Part shown: piece after piece, positions 29,675 through 38,090 of the stretch
Layout of the letters: every line of letters begins with the position of its first letter
Position numbering within the stretch: position 1 is the first letter of the stretch
Source of the DNA: a virus
Taxonomy: Duplodnaviria; Heunggongvirae; Uroviricota; Caudoviricetes
Virus record (IMG/VR): IMGVR_UViG_2585427970_000004
Direction: 5' to 3' (one strand)
DNA: 41,455 bases
Made by a program: the position numbers and the translations under genes
The notes under the pieces: model-generated
Database searches by the model: none
Told to the model about the DNA's origin: nothing
The model's input: only the letters and a program-made list of their open reading frames with translations

Positions 29675-29964
29675 GTCTTAGCTCTCCCATATACCGCCAA
29701 TACCCGTTTCATCGCGGCACTCTGGCGACACTCCTTAAAAATCAGATTCGTGCTCACCTTTCCTTCCCGTTCTTCTCTGGTAGCGAACCGGTAATACACC
29801 GTTCGCCAGACCTTACCATCAACGACCAGGATTCCTGCCCGCGCCATTTTAGCCGCAGCCTGATTTATGCTGGTTACGGTTGCGCCTGTTACCGCGGCAA
29901 CGTCCTGCGCACAGAAGTTCTTATGAGTCCCCAGGTAATGAATAATTGCCTCTTTGCCCGTCAT
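29671..29964 (-). CDS. ren: Ren-like protein
   Basis: 97 aa; MTGKEAIIHYLGTHKNFCAQDVAAVTGATVTSINQAAAKMARAG… recalled as lambda Ren-like; overlaps the P stop. Confidence 0.8.
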   Translation of the reverse strand: MTGKEAIIHYLGTHKNFCAQDVAAVTGATVTSINQAAAKMARAGILVVDGKVWRTVYYRFATREEREGKVSTNLIFKECRQSAAMKRVLAVYGRAKT

Positions 29965-30662
29965 ACACTTACTCCTTTCAGCCCAAACTTAGCTTTGATT
30001 TCTGCGATCTTCGCCAGAGCCTGTGCACGATTTAGAGGTCTACCGCCCATGACAGGAAGTTGTTTTACTGGTTCAGGTATAGCCTCACCACGGTTAATTC
30101 GTGCGGCCATACAGGACAGTTCATCGGCAGCCTTGCGCCGTAATTCCGCGTCAGTCAACGCATTGGCCCGCATGTTCTGATACAGGTTGGTAACCAGCCA
30201 GTAGTGCGCGTTTGATTTCCACGGATAAGACTCTGCATCCGGATACAGGCCACGCTTCCGGCAATACTCGTAAACCATATCAACCAGCTCGCTGACGTTT
30301 GGCAGCCCGGCGTTAACAGATGCTTCTTCCCGGCACCAGGCGACAAACTGCCCGGGTGATGGCAGGAATGGTCGATTCTGCCGACGGGCTACGCGCATTC
30401 CAGCGTTAACCTGTTCCATTGTGGTGATCCCGTTTTCCCGGAAAGCCAGAACCCACTGGCGGCGGATTTCGTTCAGTTCATTCTGGTCACGGTTAGCCAG
30501 GCTCGCCGGGAAAGTTGCCAGTAACTGGCTGAACACACCGTTGATGATCTGCGCTACCTGCTGTACCTGCGGCTTTTCGTCGTACTGTTCCGGCATATTG
30601 TTGGCGATCCGGCGCATCTGCTCACGGTCAAAGTTAACCATCTGTGCGGCGATGTTTTTCAT
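29961..30662 (-). CDS. P: Replication protein P (DnaB helicase loader), lambda-type
   Basis: 233 aa; MKNIAAQMVNFDREQMRRIANNMPEQYDEKPQVQQVAQIINGVF… recalled as near-identical to lambda P. Confidence 0.9.
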   Translation of the reverse strand: MKNIAAQMVNFDREQMRRIANNMPEQYDEKPQVQQVAQIINGVFSQLLATFPASLANRDQNELNEIRRQWVLAFRENGITTMEQVNAGMRVARRQNRPFLPSPGQFVAWCREEASVNAGLPNVSELVDMVYEYCRKRGLYPDAESYPWKSNAHYWLVTNLYQNMRANALTDAELRRKAADELSCMAARINRGEAIPEPVKQLPVMGGRPLNRAQALAKIAEIKAKFGLKGVSV

Positions 30663-31588
30663 AAATCCACCCCGTAAATCCAGTCAGTGTTCGTCAGGTC
30701 GAGTTTTGGTTTGCCGGCTGTCACGCCAGCCTGTTGCTTGTTTCGGTTGATTTCGAGCTGGGTCCACTTGTCGCGGAGTTTGGCCGGACTCAGCACGTTA
30801 CCGGACCAGAAGTTGTCCTGGCATGCCCAGCGGAACAGCACGCACATGTCGCGGTGGTTACGTCCGTCACGTTCACGCATCAGGCGGATATCGTTAGCCC
30901 ACCCTGCAAAATTCGGTTTTCTGGCTGATGGCGCGATGGTCTTCACCATGTCAAACATCCACTCTGCGGCGGTCAGGTCTTCTGCTGTCCCCCACTTGCT
31001 GCCACTCTGAATTGCAGCATCCGGTTTCACCACAGGAAGGTCGTTTTCTGGCTGGTCAGAGGATTCGCCAGAATTCTCGGACGAAAAAGGTTTTATATTG
31101 TCTTTTGTTAGTTTGTCTTTTGTGTTTACCTGATTCGGGTAAACGCCTTTACCTGTTTTGGGTAAACTTTTCTTACCTGATTCAGGTAAATTTACCTCTT
31201 TCAGGTAAACTTTATTTTTCTTACCTGATTCGGGTAATGTTGACCATTCACTGACCACATTATTAATGCCGATATTCCGCCCGCTCTGAATAAGAATCCC
31301 ACGCTTTACCAGAACGCTTTTTGCAGCAGAACACTTGTGCGGCAATATCCCGGTCAATTCGGAAAGTTGCTCGTTGCTCACCCAATCCAGTTTTTTATTA
31401 AAGCCATATGTTTTGCGCATGACAGCCAGGAAGACCAGAAGCTGGTGCTGTGTTAATCCGGCCAGCATCACAGCTTCCAGCAACTCATTTGCAATGCGCG
31501 TATAACCATCATCGAGATCTGCCACGCGCGGCTCCTTTTGTGCCGCATCCGGCACTGGAAAATTGAATATCTCAGCAGTGTTTGCCAT
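30659..31588 (-). CDS. O: Replication initiator O-like protein (lambda O-type N-terminus, divergent C-terminus)
   Basis: Start refined to ATG 31588 (GGGAGG RBS; MANTAEIFNFPV…ADLDDGY…LRKTYGFNK resembles the lambda O N-terminus); iterons lie inside the gene. Confidence 0.8.
   Translation of the reverse strand: MANTAEIFNFPVPDAAQKEPRVADLDDGYTRIANELLEAVMLAGLTQHQLLVFLAVMRKTYGFNKKLDWVSNEQLSELTGILPHKCSAAKSVLVKRGILIQSGRNIGINNVVSEWSTLPESGKKNKVYLKEVNLPESGKKSLPKTGKGVYPNQVNTKDKLTKDNIKPFSSENSGESSDQPENDLPVVKPDAAIQSGSKWGTAEDLTAAEWMFDMVKTIAPSARKPNFAGWANDIRLMRERDGRNHRDMCVLFRWACQDNFWSGNVLSPAKLRDKWTQLEINRNKQQAGVTAGKPKLDLTNTDWIYGVDL
31125..31237. repeat. Replication origin iterons (five palindromic repeats) inside the O gene, next to an AT-rich tract (about 31080..31124)
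   Basis: Five copies of TTTACCTGATTCGGGTAAA-like palindromes at 31125, 31148, 31172, 31191 and 31219; encode the repeated LPESGKK peptide in O. Confidence 0.75.
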
Positions 31589-31674
31589 AATTCCTCCCGC
31601 AATGAGTGTGTTACGATTTGCACCTGAAAGTCGGTTCTGTTCCAGCAGACCGGCTTTCGCCATTTCTGAACCTG

Positions 31675-32220
31675 TCATATCGCCCCCAGCATGGTAGTAA
31701 CCATCGCCATCAATGGACCAGCCAGATCCGGGTCCACACGAAACATCGACACAATACCTTCACTAATTTCCTTCAGTTTCTGGTGGCGTGGTGCGTTGAG
31801 AATGACCGCCTGCTTTGCCTCACAGAGTTCCTTTTCCATTTCAGCCAGCCGAGCCATGAAGCTATCCTGCTCAACCAGGTGGCCGCGATATTCCAGCGGT
31901 AGTACCGCCAGAATTGCCGGGGTCAGTTCACGCACGTTATTTCGGTATTTTTCAGAATCGAATTTGTTATCGAGGAAGCGGAACAGCTTCTGGCGTGCAC
32001 GGCTGACATCATCAGGGAAATCGATGGTGCCGCCGCCCTGCTCCCGATACTCATTCACAATGAGTGCGGCAACAACATCCTGATTATCTGCAGCCGACCA
32101 GGCGCGAACGGCATCACGGATTTTTTCGTGGCCTGGCGCCTGTTTTGTTTGAGAACGATTTATCACCGCCGTCGGGCTAAATCCGCTAGTCTGTTGGTAT
32201 GTAAGTGATTGCATAGTCAT
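31675..32220 (-). CDS. CII-position regulatory protein (YdaT-like)
   Basis: 181 aa; between cro-like and O; stop overlaps the track-predicted O start; family guess by position and weak recall. Confidence 0.4.
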   Translation of the reverse strand: MTMQSLTYQQTSGFSPTAVINRSQTKQAPGHEKIRDAVRAWSAADNQDVVAALIVNEYREQGGGTIDFPDDVSRARQKLFRFLDNKFDSEKYRNNVRELTPAILAVLPLEYRGHLVEQDSFMARLAEMEKELCEAKQAVILNAPRHQKLKEISEGIVSMFRVDPDLAGPLMAMVTTMLGAI

Positions 32221-32244
32221 TGCCTTATCAGTTAACGCCGCAGT

Positions 32245-32472
32245 TTAGGCGGCAGAATTACTCGCGTTAAACAATGGTGCGAGGTCGGGACGAATATCTG
32301 CTGGTTTAATCTTTCCACCAGTGGCTGAGACAATTTTCATTACATAGCGGGCATCAATTCCGCCACCGTGTAGCCAACGCCAAACAGTGGGTTGGGCTAC
32401 ACCGCATAGATCTGCCAGTCGTTTTTGACTACCTGTAATACTAATTGCGAGTTGAATGGTTTGATTTGTCAT
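32245..32472 (-). CDS. Cro-like HTH regulator (YdaS/Cro family)
   Basis: Start refined to ATG 32472 (AGGA RBS); HTH segment SQKRLADLCGVAQPTVWRW; divergent from cI. Confidence 0.6.
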   Translation of the reverse strand: MTNQTIQLAISITGSQKRLADLCGVAQPTVWRWLHGGGIDARYVMKIVSATGGKIKPADIRPDLAPLFNASNSAA

Positions 32473-32503
32473 TATCAATTCCTATTGGTATTGCAATGAA
32501 TAG

Positions 32504-32532
32504 ATAATAGCAATGCGTATTAACTCAATCAA
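32504..32532 (-). promoter_or_regulatory. PR-like sigma70 promoter for the cro-like operon
   Basis: Minus strand -35 TTGATT (32527..32532), 17-bp spacer, -10 TATTAT (32504..32509); operator-like AATAGCAAT motif in the spacer. Confidence 0.55.
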
Positions 32533-32546
32533 TAGCAAAACGTGTT

Positions 32547-32575
32547 TTGACCATCAATACGCAAGCGTATAAATT
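32547..32575 (+). promoter_or_regulatory. PRM-like promoter for cI; transcript predicted leaderless
   Basis: -35 TTGACC (32547..32552), 17-bp spacer, -10 TAAATT (32570..32575), ending about 7 nt before the cI ATG at 32583, which has no SD. Confidence 0.45.
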
Positions 32576-32582
32576 AAAACTT

Positions 32583-33275
32583 ATGAAAAAAGAAACTCTT
32601 GCTGATCGCTTAAACCTAGCGATGGAACAATCTGGAATGTCTCAAGGCGCTCTTGCAAAGGCGTCTGGCGTAGCTCAACCCACAATCTGGAGACTGACAA
32701 GCGGCAACGCGCGTGGCTCAACAAAAATTGTTGAAATAGCTAATGCATTGGGTGTTCGAACAGAGTGGCTCTCATCAGGCATAGGCCCGATGAGAAATGA
32801 CGGTCAACAATCAGGAAAGCCTGCTGTCAACCATTCCAAATACTTCAAGATTGACGTTCTTGATATAGAAGTGAGTGCCGGGCCGGGAGTCATCAACCGT
32901 GAGTTTGTAGAAGTTCTACGCTCGGTTGAGTACTCGTTTGACGATGCTCGTCACATGTTCGATGGTAGGAAGGCAGAAAATATCCGCATCATTAACGTGC
33001 GTGGTGACAGCATGTCAGGAACGATCGAACCAGGTGATCTGCTGTTCGTTGATATCACGGTTAAATCTTTCGACGGTGATGGTATCTATGCGTTTCTGTA
33101 CGACGACACAGCCCATGTAAAGCGCCTGCAAATGATGAAGGATAAGCTGCTGGTTATCTCTGATAACAAGAGCTACTCACCGTGGGACCCGATCGAGAAA
33201 GACGAGATGAACCGGGTGTTTATCTTCGGGAAAGTTATTGGGAGCATGCCGCAGACGTACAGGAAGCATGGGTAA
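32583..33275 (+). CDS. cI: CI-like repressor (HTH_XRE plus S24 LexA-like peptidase domain)
   Basis: Start refined to ATG 32583 (MKKETLADRLNLAMEQSGMSQGALAKASGVAQPTIWRL…); C-terminal GDSMSGTIEPGDLLFVD…HVKRL autocleavage-type motifs (Ser…Lys); track start is TTG. Confidence 0.85.
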   Translation: MKKETLADRLNLAMEQSGMSQGALAKASGVAQPTIWRLTSGNARGSTKIVEIANALGVRTEWLSSGIGPMRNDGQQSGKPAVNHSKYFKIDVLDIEVSAGPGVINREFVEVLRSVEYSFDDARHMFDGRKAENIRIINVRGDSMSGTIEPGDLLFVDITVKSFDGDGIYAFLYDDTAHVKRLQMMKDKLLVISDNKSYSPWDPIEKDEMNRVFIFGKVIGSMPQTYRKHG

Positions 33276-33320
33276 AAATGGAATTTATGAAACTTTAAAT
33301 TAATCAAATATTGAGTTTAT

Positions 33321-33740
33321 ATGATGCAACATAATATTCATAGTGATTATTTCAAGTGGTGGTGTGGAACGGTAATCATTGGAGCAATCCCTATCTTTAT
33401 TAGATTTATTGCTTATTTCATCACTAATAAAAATATAGAGATGATCAATATAACTGAGTTGATATGTTTTGGCTTTGCCATACAAATATCCAGCATCTAT
33501 TACGGAATGGGCCAACCTAGTAAGCAAACTGAAAACAATATTATTTTAAATACTACTATATCGATTGTTTTCATTGTGATTTTTTCTATAATTTACATTA
33601 TTGTCATGCTGGCTGATAACATCCTTAACATGAATACGACTCGCATATTAGTCGCTATTACTTGTGGTATATCCTTATACATTGGACAAAATTCGGTCAG
33701 GTGTGCTATTATCAATAACAAATTAGCAGCGCAGGAGTAA
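33321..33740 (+). CDS. Small integral membrane protein (4 predicted TM helices), first gene of the cassette in the rexAB-equivalent slot
   Basis: 139 aa; four hydrophobic segments; very AT-rich; immediately downstream of cI. Confidence 0.55.
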   Translation: MMQHNIHSDYFKWWCGTVIIGAIPIFIRFIAYFITNKNIEMINITELICFGFAIQISSIYYGMGQPSKQTENNIILNTTISIVFIVIFSIIYIIVMLADNILNMNTTRILVAITCGISLYIGQNSVRCAIINNKLAAQE

Positions 33741-33743
33741 ATT

Positions 33744-33920
33744 ATGGAGTTCTTAATTACTATTTTATCCATAATAGCTGTTGTGATACCTGCTGTATTG
33801 GCATGGTTTTCAAGAAAAAACCTCAAAAATGCACAGGAAACTTTAATTCACATAGAAAGGATCAGAAAATCAAACAGCGATGACTTTGAAAGAAAGAAAG
33901 AACAACTTAAATATCACTAA
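33744..33920 (+). CDS. Small single-TM protein (58 aa), below the ORF-track threshold
   Basis: AGGAG RBS 6 nt upstream of ATG 33744; MEFLITILSIIAVVIPAVLAWFSRKNLKNAQETLIHIERIRKSNSDDFERKKEQLKYH. Confidence 0.4.
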   Translation: MEFLITILSIIAVVIPAVLAWFSRKNLKNAQETLIHIERIRKSNSDDFERKKEQLKYH

Positions 33921-34830
33921 TGGAATTGGTATGCAGTTAAAAAATATCATTTATATTGATTATGAGAAGGTCTACTCTTTAAGCTCTCAATTATTTGAGG
34001 GCGTAATTCAATCCGCGATGGAGCATAAAGAGTCTACTCTTTCAAATATAGATGCAGTCGAAATTAAGACAAAAAGTAGTTCAAGTAAAACGAGTGACAC
34101 AAAAAAATTATCAACAGTGTTAAACCCTCATGATTACCATTATCTGAAATTTGAAAACGAACTTAGCAATAGAGGAATTCTATCTAACATAACTTCCCCG
34201 ATCGACTCGAACAAAATTAAGGCTAATTGCTTTGTTAAAATCACCTGCCCTATTCAATTTAATGACTATAGTAAATTAAAAAATACCGCGAAGGATTTTT
34301 GTAAAATTCACTATGCTATTAATTTCGTTCATCGAAATGGTGAATTAGAAAACCTAGAATCGATGCTGAAATCGATAAAACCCAAATCCAATGAATTTAA
34401 TATTATCAAGGCAAGACAAGCACAAATCAAAAGTGAGCTTGATAATTTAACTTCTCCAAATAAGAAAAAGTTTCTTGAGCATCTGTCTTCTGTTTTAGAT
34501 TACGCATATGGTGACGAAATAGAAATATCACAAAAAATGCAAGATATTAAATTCACCTCATTCTTAATCAGAGATTTTCTTAAAATCAGCCCAGAAATGT
34601 TTGTAAAGTTATATTCTCGTCGAACGACCTCTGCATTCACTGTCGTAGGGATGATAACGCGTACATCAACGTCTGAAGGCGATCAGGAATCAGAGGCTCG
34701 TGAACTAAGCGGCATTCGCAGTGCGGTCTGGAATATGAATGACAGCCTTTTTGATCTGGAGTCAACATTTTGTGCCCCTGACTCTGATGAATATTTCATT
34801 GAGCCTATTGCTGTTTACAATGAGCTATAA
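33880..34830 (+). CDS. Hypothetical soluble protein (~300-316 aa), third gene of the rex-slot cassette
   Basis: ORF from ATG 33880 overlaps the 58-aa ORF by 41 nt; alternative start ATG 33931 lies 10 nt after that ORF's stop; no motif I can assign; AT-rich; followed by a terminator. Confidence 0.55.
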   Translation: MTLKERKNNLNITNGIGMQLKNIIYIDYEKVYSLSSQLFEGVIQSAMEHKESTLSNIDAVEIKTKSSSSKTSDTKKLSTVLNPHDYHYLKFENELSNRGILSNITSPIDSNKIKANCFVKITCPIQFNDYSKLKNTAKDFCKIHYAINFVHRNGELENLESMLKSIKPKSNEFNIIKARQAQIKSELDNLTSPNKKKFLEHLSSVLDYAYGDEIEISQKMQDIKFTSFLIRDFLKISPEMFVKLYSRRTTSAFTVVGMITRTSTSEGDQESEARELSGIRSAVWNMNDSLFDLESTFCAPDSDEYFIEPIAVYNEL

Positions 34831-34835
34831 AAACA

Positions 34836-34863
34836 ACCCGGCCACTGCGCCGGGTTTTCTTTT
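34836..34863 (+). terminator. Rho-independent terminator after the rex-slot cassette
   Basis: ACCCGGC-CACTGC-GCCGGGT followed by TTTTCTTTT, 6 nt after the stop at 34830. Confidence 0.65.
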
Positions 34864-35004
34864 GCCCTCCCCTCATCACACAAACCGTTCGAAAAACCAC
34901 CACAACCTCGCTTCAGTTACCGCTATGCGATGCAAGTCACAAAATTAATTCTTTTTGCTATCAAACAGTTAATATCAAAACACATCAATCAATAGCAATA
35001 AGTA

Positions 35005-35033
35005 TTGATATCACCAATAGCAATAGCTATTAT
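35005..35033 (+). promoter_or_regulatory. PL-like sigma70 promoter with operator-like repeats (OL)
   Basis: -35 TTGATA (35005..35010), 17-bp spacer, -10 TATTAT (35028..35033); upstream TCAATCAATAGCAA (34985..34998) identical to the OR copy at 32525..32538. Confidence 0.55.
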
Positions 35034-35106
35034 CACCATGTCGCAACAACACAACGATACGGCAACCACCTGATTCACCGTTGCGATGACCGCTTAGATC
35101 CGCAGC

Positions 35107-35517
35107 TTGAATTTCAGCAGGCTACGGGAAGTGCGAGGGGTGAAGCGGACGCGTGAACGTCGGTGTGACCAGCTGAAATCAACTCAACACTTCATACCTC
35201 AGTCGCTTCAACGAGGCGGCTTAGTTATGACAACCGGCGGCCATCCACCGCCTGAATACGCGCAGAAGTCTTTATATGTTCAGCAGCCCAGCTTACGGGC
35301 AGGAGCTTTTATGGTTCATCAACATTACGGAACGCAGACCGTTAATCGCGGTGCGGTCATGCCAGGAATGCTGGTCAAACACAAAGATGGTACCTGGACA
35401 GCATCAGCTAATTTACGCGGACGGCTATATCTGCATCGCGGCATCGAGCGCACTTATACCCGTGATTTGCTCGTGGAAGTTTTTCTCGACGGACGCGGTA
35501 ACGGCCTCAATCACTAA
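35107..35517 (+). CDS. Hypothetical ORF in the N/kil position; probably a 69-aa product from ATG 35311
   Basis: Long open frame with no ATG before 35227; ATG 35311 has AGGAG RBS 5 nt upstream ([32 protein letters not shown]…); upstream segment encodes an arginine-rich stretch (KRTRERR). Confidence 0.3.
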   Translation: MNFSRLREVRGVKRTRERRCDQLKSTQHFIPQSLQRGGLVMTTGGHPPPEYAQKSLYVQQPSLRAGAFMVHQHYGTQTVNRGAVMPGMLVKHKDGTWTASANLRGRLYLHRGIERTYTRDLLVEVFLDGRGNGLNH

Positions 35518-35592
35518 TCCCCTTTCCTGTTTTCCTAATCAGCCTGGCATTTCGCGGGCGATATTTTCACAGCCATTTTCAGGAGTTCAGCC

Positions 35593-35889
35593 ATGAACGC
35601 TTATTACATTCAGGATCGTCTTGAGGCTCAGAGCTGGGCGCGTCACTACCAGCAGATCGCCCGTGAAGAGAAAGAGGCAGAACTGGCAGACGACCTGGAA
35701 AAGGGTCTGCCCCAGCATTTGTTTGAATCGCTCTGCATCGATCATTTGCAACGTCACGGGGCCAGCAAAAAAGCCATTACCCGTGTGTTTGATGACGATG
35801 TTGAGTTTCAGGAGCGCATGGCAGAACACATCCGGTACATGGTTGAAACCATTGCTCACCACCAGGTTGATATAGATTCAGAGGTATAA
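35593..35889 (+). CDS. gam: Gam (RecBCD inhibitor), short GamS-type form
   Basis: 98 aa; [34 protein letters not shown]…HQVDIDSEV recalled as near-identical to the lambda Gam C-terminal 98 aa; AGGAG RBS; in-frame stop at 35536..35538. Confidence 0.9.
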   Translation: MNAYYIQDRLEAQSWARHYQQIAREEKEAELADDLEKGLPQHLFESLCIDHLQRHGASKKAITRVFDDDVEFQERMAEHIRYMVETIAHHQVDIDSEV

Positions 35890-35894
35890 AACGG

Positions 35895-36680
35895 ATGAGT
35901 ACAGCACTCGCAACGCTGGCTGGGAAGCTGGCTGAACGTGTCGGCATGGATTCTGTCGACCCACAGGAACTGATCACCACTCTTCGCCAGACAGCATTTA
36001 AAGGTGATGCCAGCGATGCGCAGTTCATCGCATTGCTGATCGTCGCCAACCAGTACGGCCTTAATCCGTGGACGAAAGAAATTTACGCCTTCCCTGATAA
36101 GCAGAACGGCATCGTTCCGGTGGTGGGCGTTGATGGCTGGTCCCGCATCATCAATGAAAACCAGCAGTTTGATGGTATGGACTTTGAACAGGACAACGAA
36201 TCCTGCACATGCCGGATTTACCGCAAAGACCGCAATCATCCGATCTGCGTTACCGAGTGGATGGATGAATGCCGCCGCGAACCATTCAAAACCCGCGAAG
36301 GCAGAGAAATTACGGGGCCGTGGCAGTCGCATCCCAAACGGATGTTACGGCATAAAGCCATGATTCAGTGTGCCCGTCTGGCCTTCGGATTTGCGGGTAT
36401 CTATGACAAGGATGAAGCCGAGCGCATTGTCGAAAATACCGCATACACTGCAGAACGTCAGCCGGAACGCGACATCACTCCGGTTAACGATGAAACCATG
36501 CAGGAGATTAACACTCTGCTGATTGCCCTGGACAAAACATGGGATGACGACTTATTGCCGCTCTGTTCCCAGATATTTCGCCGCGACATTCGCGCATCGT
36601 CAGAACTGACACAGGCCGAAGCAGTGAAAGCTCTTGGATTCCTGAAACAGAAAGCCTCTGAACAGAAGGTGGCTGCATGA
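35895..36680 (+). CDS. bet: Bet (Red-beta single-strand annealing protein)
   Basis: 261 aa; [66 protein letters not shown]… recalled as near-identical to lambda Bet. Confidence 0.95.
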   Translation: MSTALATLAGKLAERVGMDSVDPQELITTLRQTAFKGDASDAQFIALLIVANQYGLNPWTKEIYAFPDKQNGIVPVVGVDGWSRIINENQQFDGMDFEQDNESCTCRIYRKDRNHPICVTEWMDECRREPFKTREGREITGPWQSHPKRMLRHKAMIQCARLAFGFAGIYDKDEAERIVENTAYTAERQPERDITPVNDETMQEINTLLIALDKTWDDDLLPLCSQIFRRDIRASSELTQAEAVKALGFLKQKASEQKVAA

Positions 36681-37357
36681 CACCGGACATTATCCTGCAG
36701 CGTACCGGGATCGACGTGAGAGCTGTCGAACAGGGGGATGATGCGTGGCACAAATTACGGCTCGGCGTCATCACCGCTTCAGAAGTTCACAATGTGATAG
36801 CAAAACCCCGCTCCGGAAAGAAATGGCCTGACATGAAAATGTCCTACTTACACACCCTGCTTGCCGAGGTTTGCACCGGTGTGGCTCCGGAAGTTAACGC
36901 TAAGGCGCTGGCCTGGGGAAAACAGTACGAGAACGACGCCAGAGCCCTCTTTGAGTTCACTTCCGGCGTGAATGTTACTGAATCCCCGATCATCTATCGC
37001 GACGAAAGTATGCGCACCGCCTGCTCTCCCGATGGTTTATGCAGTGACGGCAATGGCCTTGAGCTGAAATGCCCGTTTACCTCCCGGGATTTCATGAAGT
37101 TCCGGCTCGGTGGTTTCGAGGCCATAAAGTCGGCTTACATGGCCCAGGTGCAGTACAGCATGTGGGTGACGCGAAAAGATGCCTGGTACTTTGCCAACTA
37201 TGACCCGCGCATGAAGCGTGAAGGCCTGCATTATGTCGTGGTTGAGCGGGATGAAAAGTACATGGCGAATTTTGACGAGATGGTGCCGGAGTTCATCGAA
37301 AAAATGGACGAGGCACTGGCTGAAATTGGTTTTGTATTTGGGGAGCAATGGCGATGA
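36677..37357 (+). CDS. exo: Exo (lambda 5'-3' exonuclease)
   Basis: 226 aa; [44 protein letters not shown]… recalled as near-identical to lambda Exo. Confidence 0.95.
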   Translation: MTPDIILQRTGIDVRAVEQGDDAWHKLRLGVITASEVHNVIAKPRSGKKWPDMKMSYLHTLLAEVCTGVAPEVNAKALAWGKQYENDARALFEFTSGVNVTESPIIYRDESMRTACSPDGLCSDGNGLELKCPFTSRDFMKFRLGGFEAIKSAYMAQVQYSMWVTRKDAWYFANYDPRMKREGLHYVVVERDEKYMANFDEMVPEFIEKMDEALAEIGFVFGEQWR

Positions 37358-37536
37358 AGCATCCTCGCGATAATATCCGGGTAGGCGCGATCACTTTCGT
37401 CTACTCCATTACAAAGCGAGGCTGGGTATTTCCCGGCCTTTCTGTTATCAGAAATCCACTGAAAGCACAGCGGCTGGCTGAGAAGATAAATAATAAACGG
37501 GAGGCGGTATGCACAAAGCATCTCCTGTTGAGTTAA
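37348..37536 (+). CDS. Hypothetical small protein
   Basis: 62-aa ORF overlapping the exo stop. Confidence 0.3.
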   Translation: MAMKHPRDNIRVGAITFVYSITKRGWVFPGLSVIRNPLKAQRLAEKINNKREAVCTKHLLLS

Positions 37537-37700
37537 GAACGAGTATTGAGATGGCACATAGCCTTGCTCAAATTGGAGTCAGGTTTGTGCCAATACCAGT
37601 AGAAACAGACGAAGAATTTCATACGTTAGCCACATCCCTTTCACAAAAGCTGGAAATGATGGTGGCGAAAGCAGAAGCAGATGAGAGAGACCAGGTATGA
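37509..37700 (+). CDS. Hypothetical small protein
   Basis: 63-aa ORF. Confidence 0.3.
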   Translation: MHKASPVELRTSIEMAHSLAQIGVRFVPIPVETDEEFHTLATSLSQKLEMMVAKAEADERDQV

Positions 37701-37710
37701 CAACCACTGA

Positions 37711-37992
37711 ATGCATTTTTCTGGCAGCGGGCTTCATATTCTGTGTGCTTATGCTTGCCGGCATGGGGCTTGTTCAGTGACACCTCAGCAAGAAAACGCC
37801 CTTCGCAGCATTGCCCGTCAGGCTAATTCTGAAATCAAAAAAGCCAGACAGCAGTTTCCGGATAAAAACGTCGATGACATTTGCCGTAGCGTACTAAAGA
37901 AGCACCGCGAAACGGTAACGCTGATGGGATTCACACCGACTCATTTAAGCCTGGCGATCGGCATGTTGAACGGCGTCTTTAAGGAACGATGA
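37711..37992 (+). CDS. Hypothetical small protein
   Basis: 93-aa ORF; start uncertain. Confidence 0.3.
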   Translation: MHFSGSGLHILCAYACRHGACSVTPQQENALRSIARQANSEIKKARQQFPDKNVDDICRSVLKKHRETVTLMGFTPTHLSLAIGMLNGVFKER

Positions 37993-38090
37993 ACATGAAA
38001 AGCAAAATCATCAGGGAGCTACAGGCTCCTTTTTTATTATTCGCATTTACCCTCAAGCGTATTAACCAACAATTCAGGGATTAATGAAAG

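Noticed and set aside
31125-31237. Tandem repeats that could be mistaken for a short CRISPR-like array
   Set aside because: The repeats are palindromic 17-19 bp iterons with 4-12 bp gaps inside the O gene and encode a repeated peptide; the arrangement is that of a lambda-type replication origin.
35107-35310. Calling an N antiterminator outright from the KRTRERR arginine-rich stretch
   Set aside because: No ATG start, no recognisable boxA/boxB nut elements and weak RBS context; kept as a hypothesis only.
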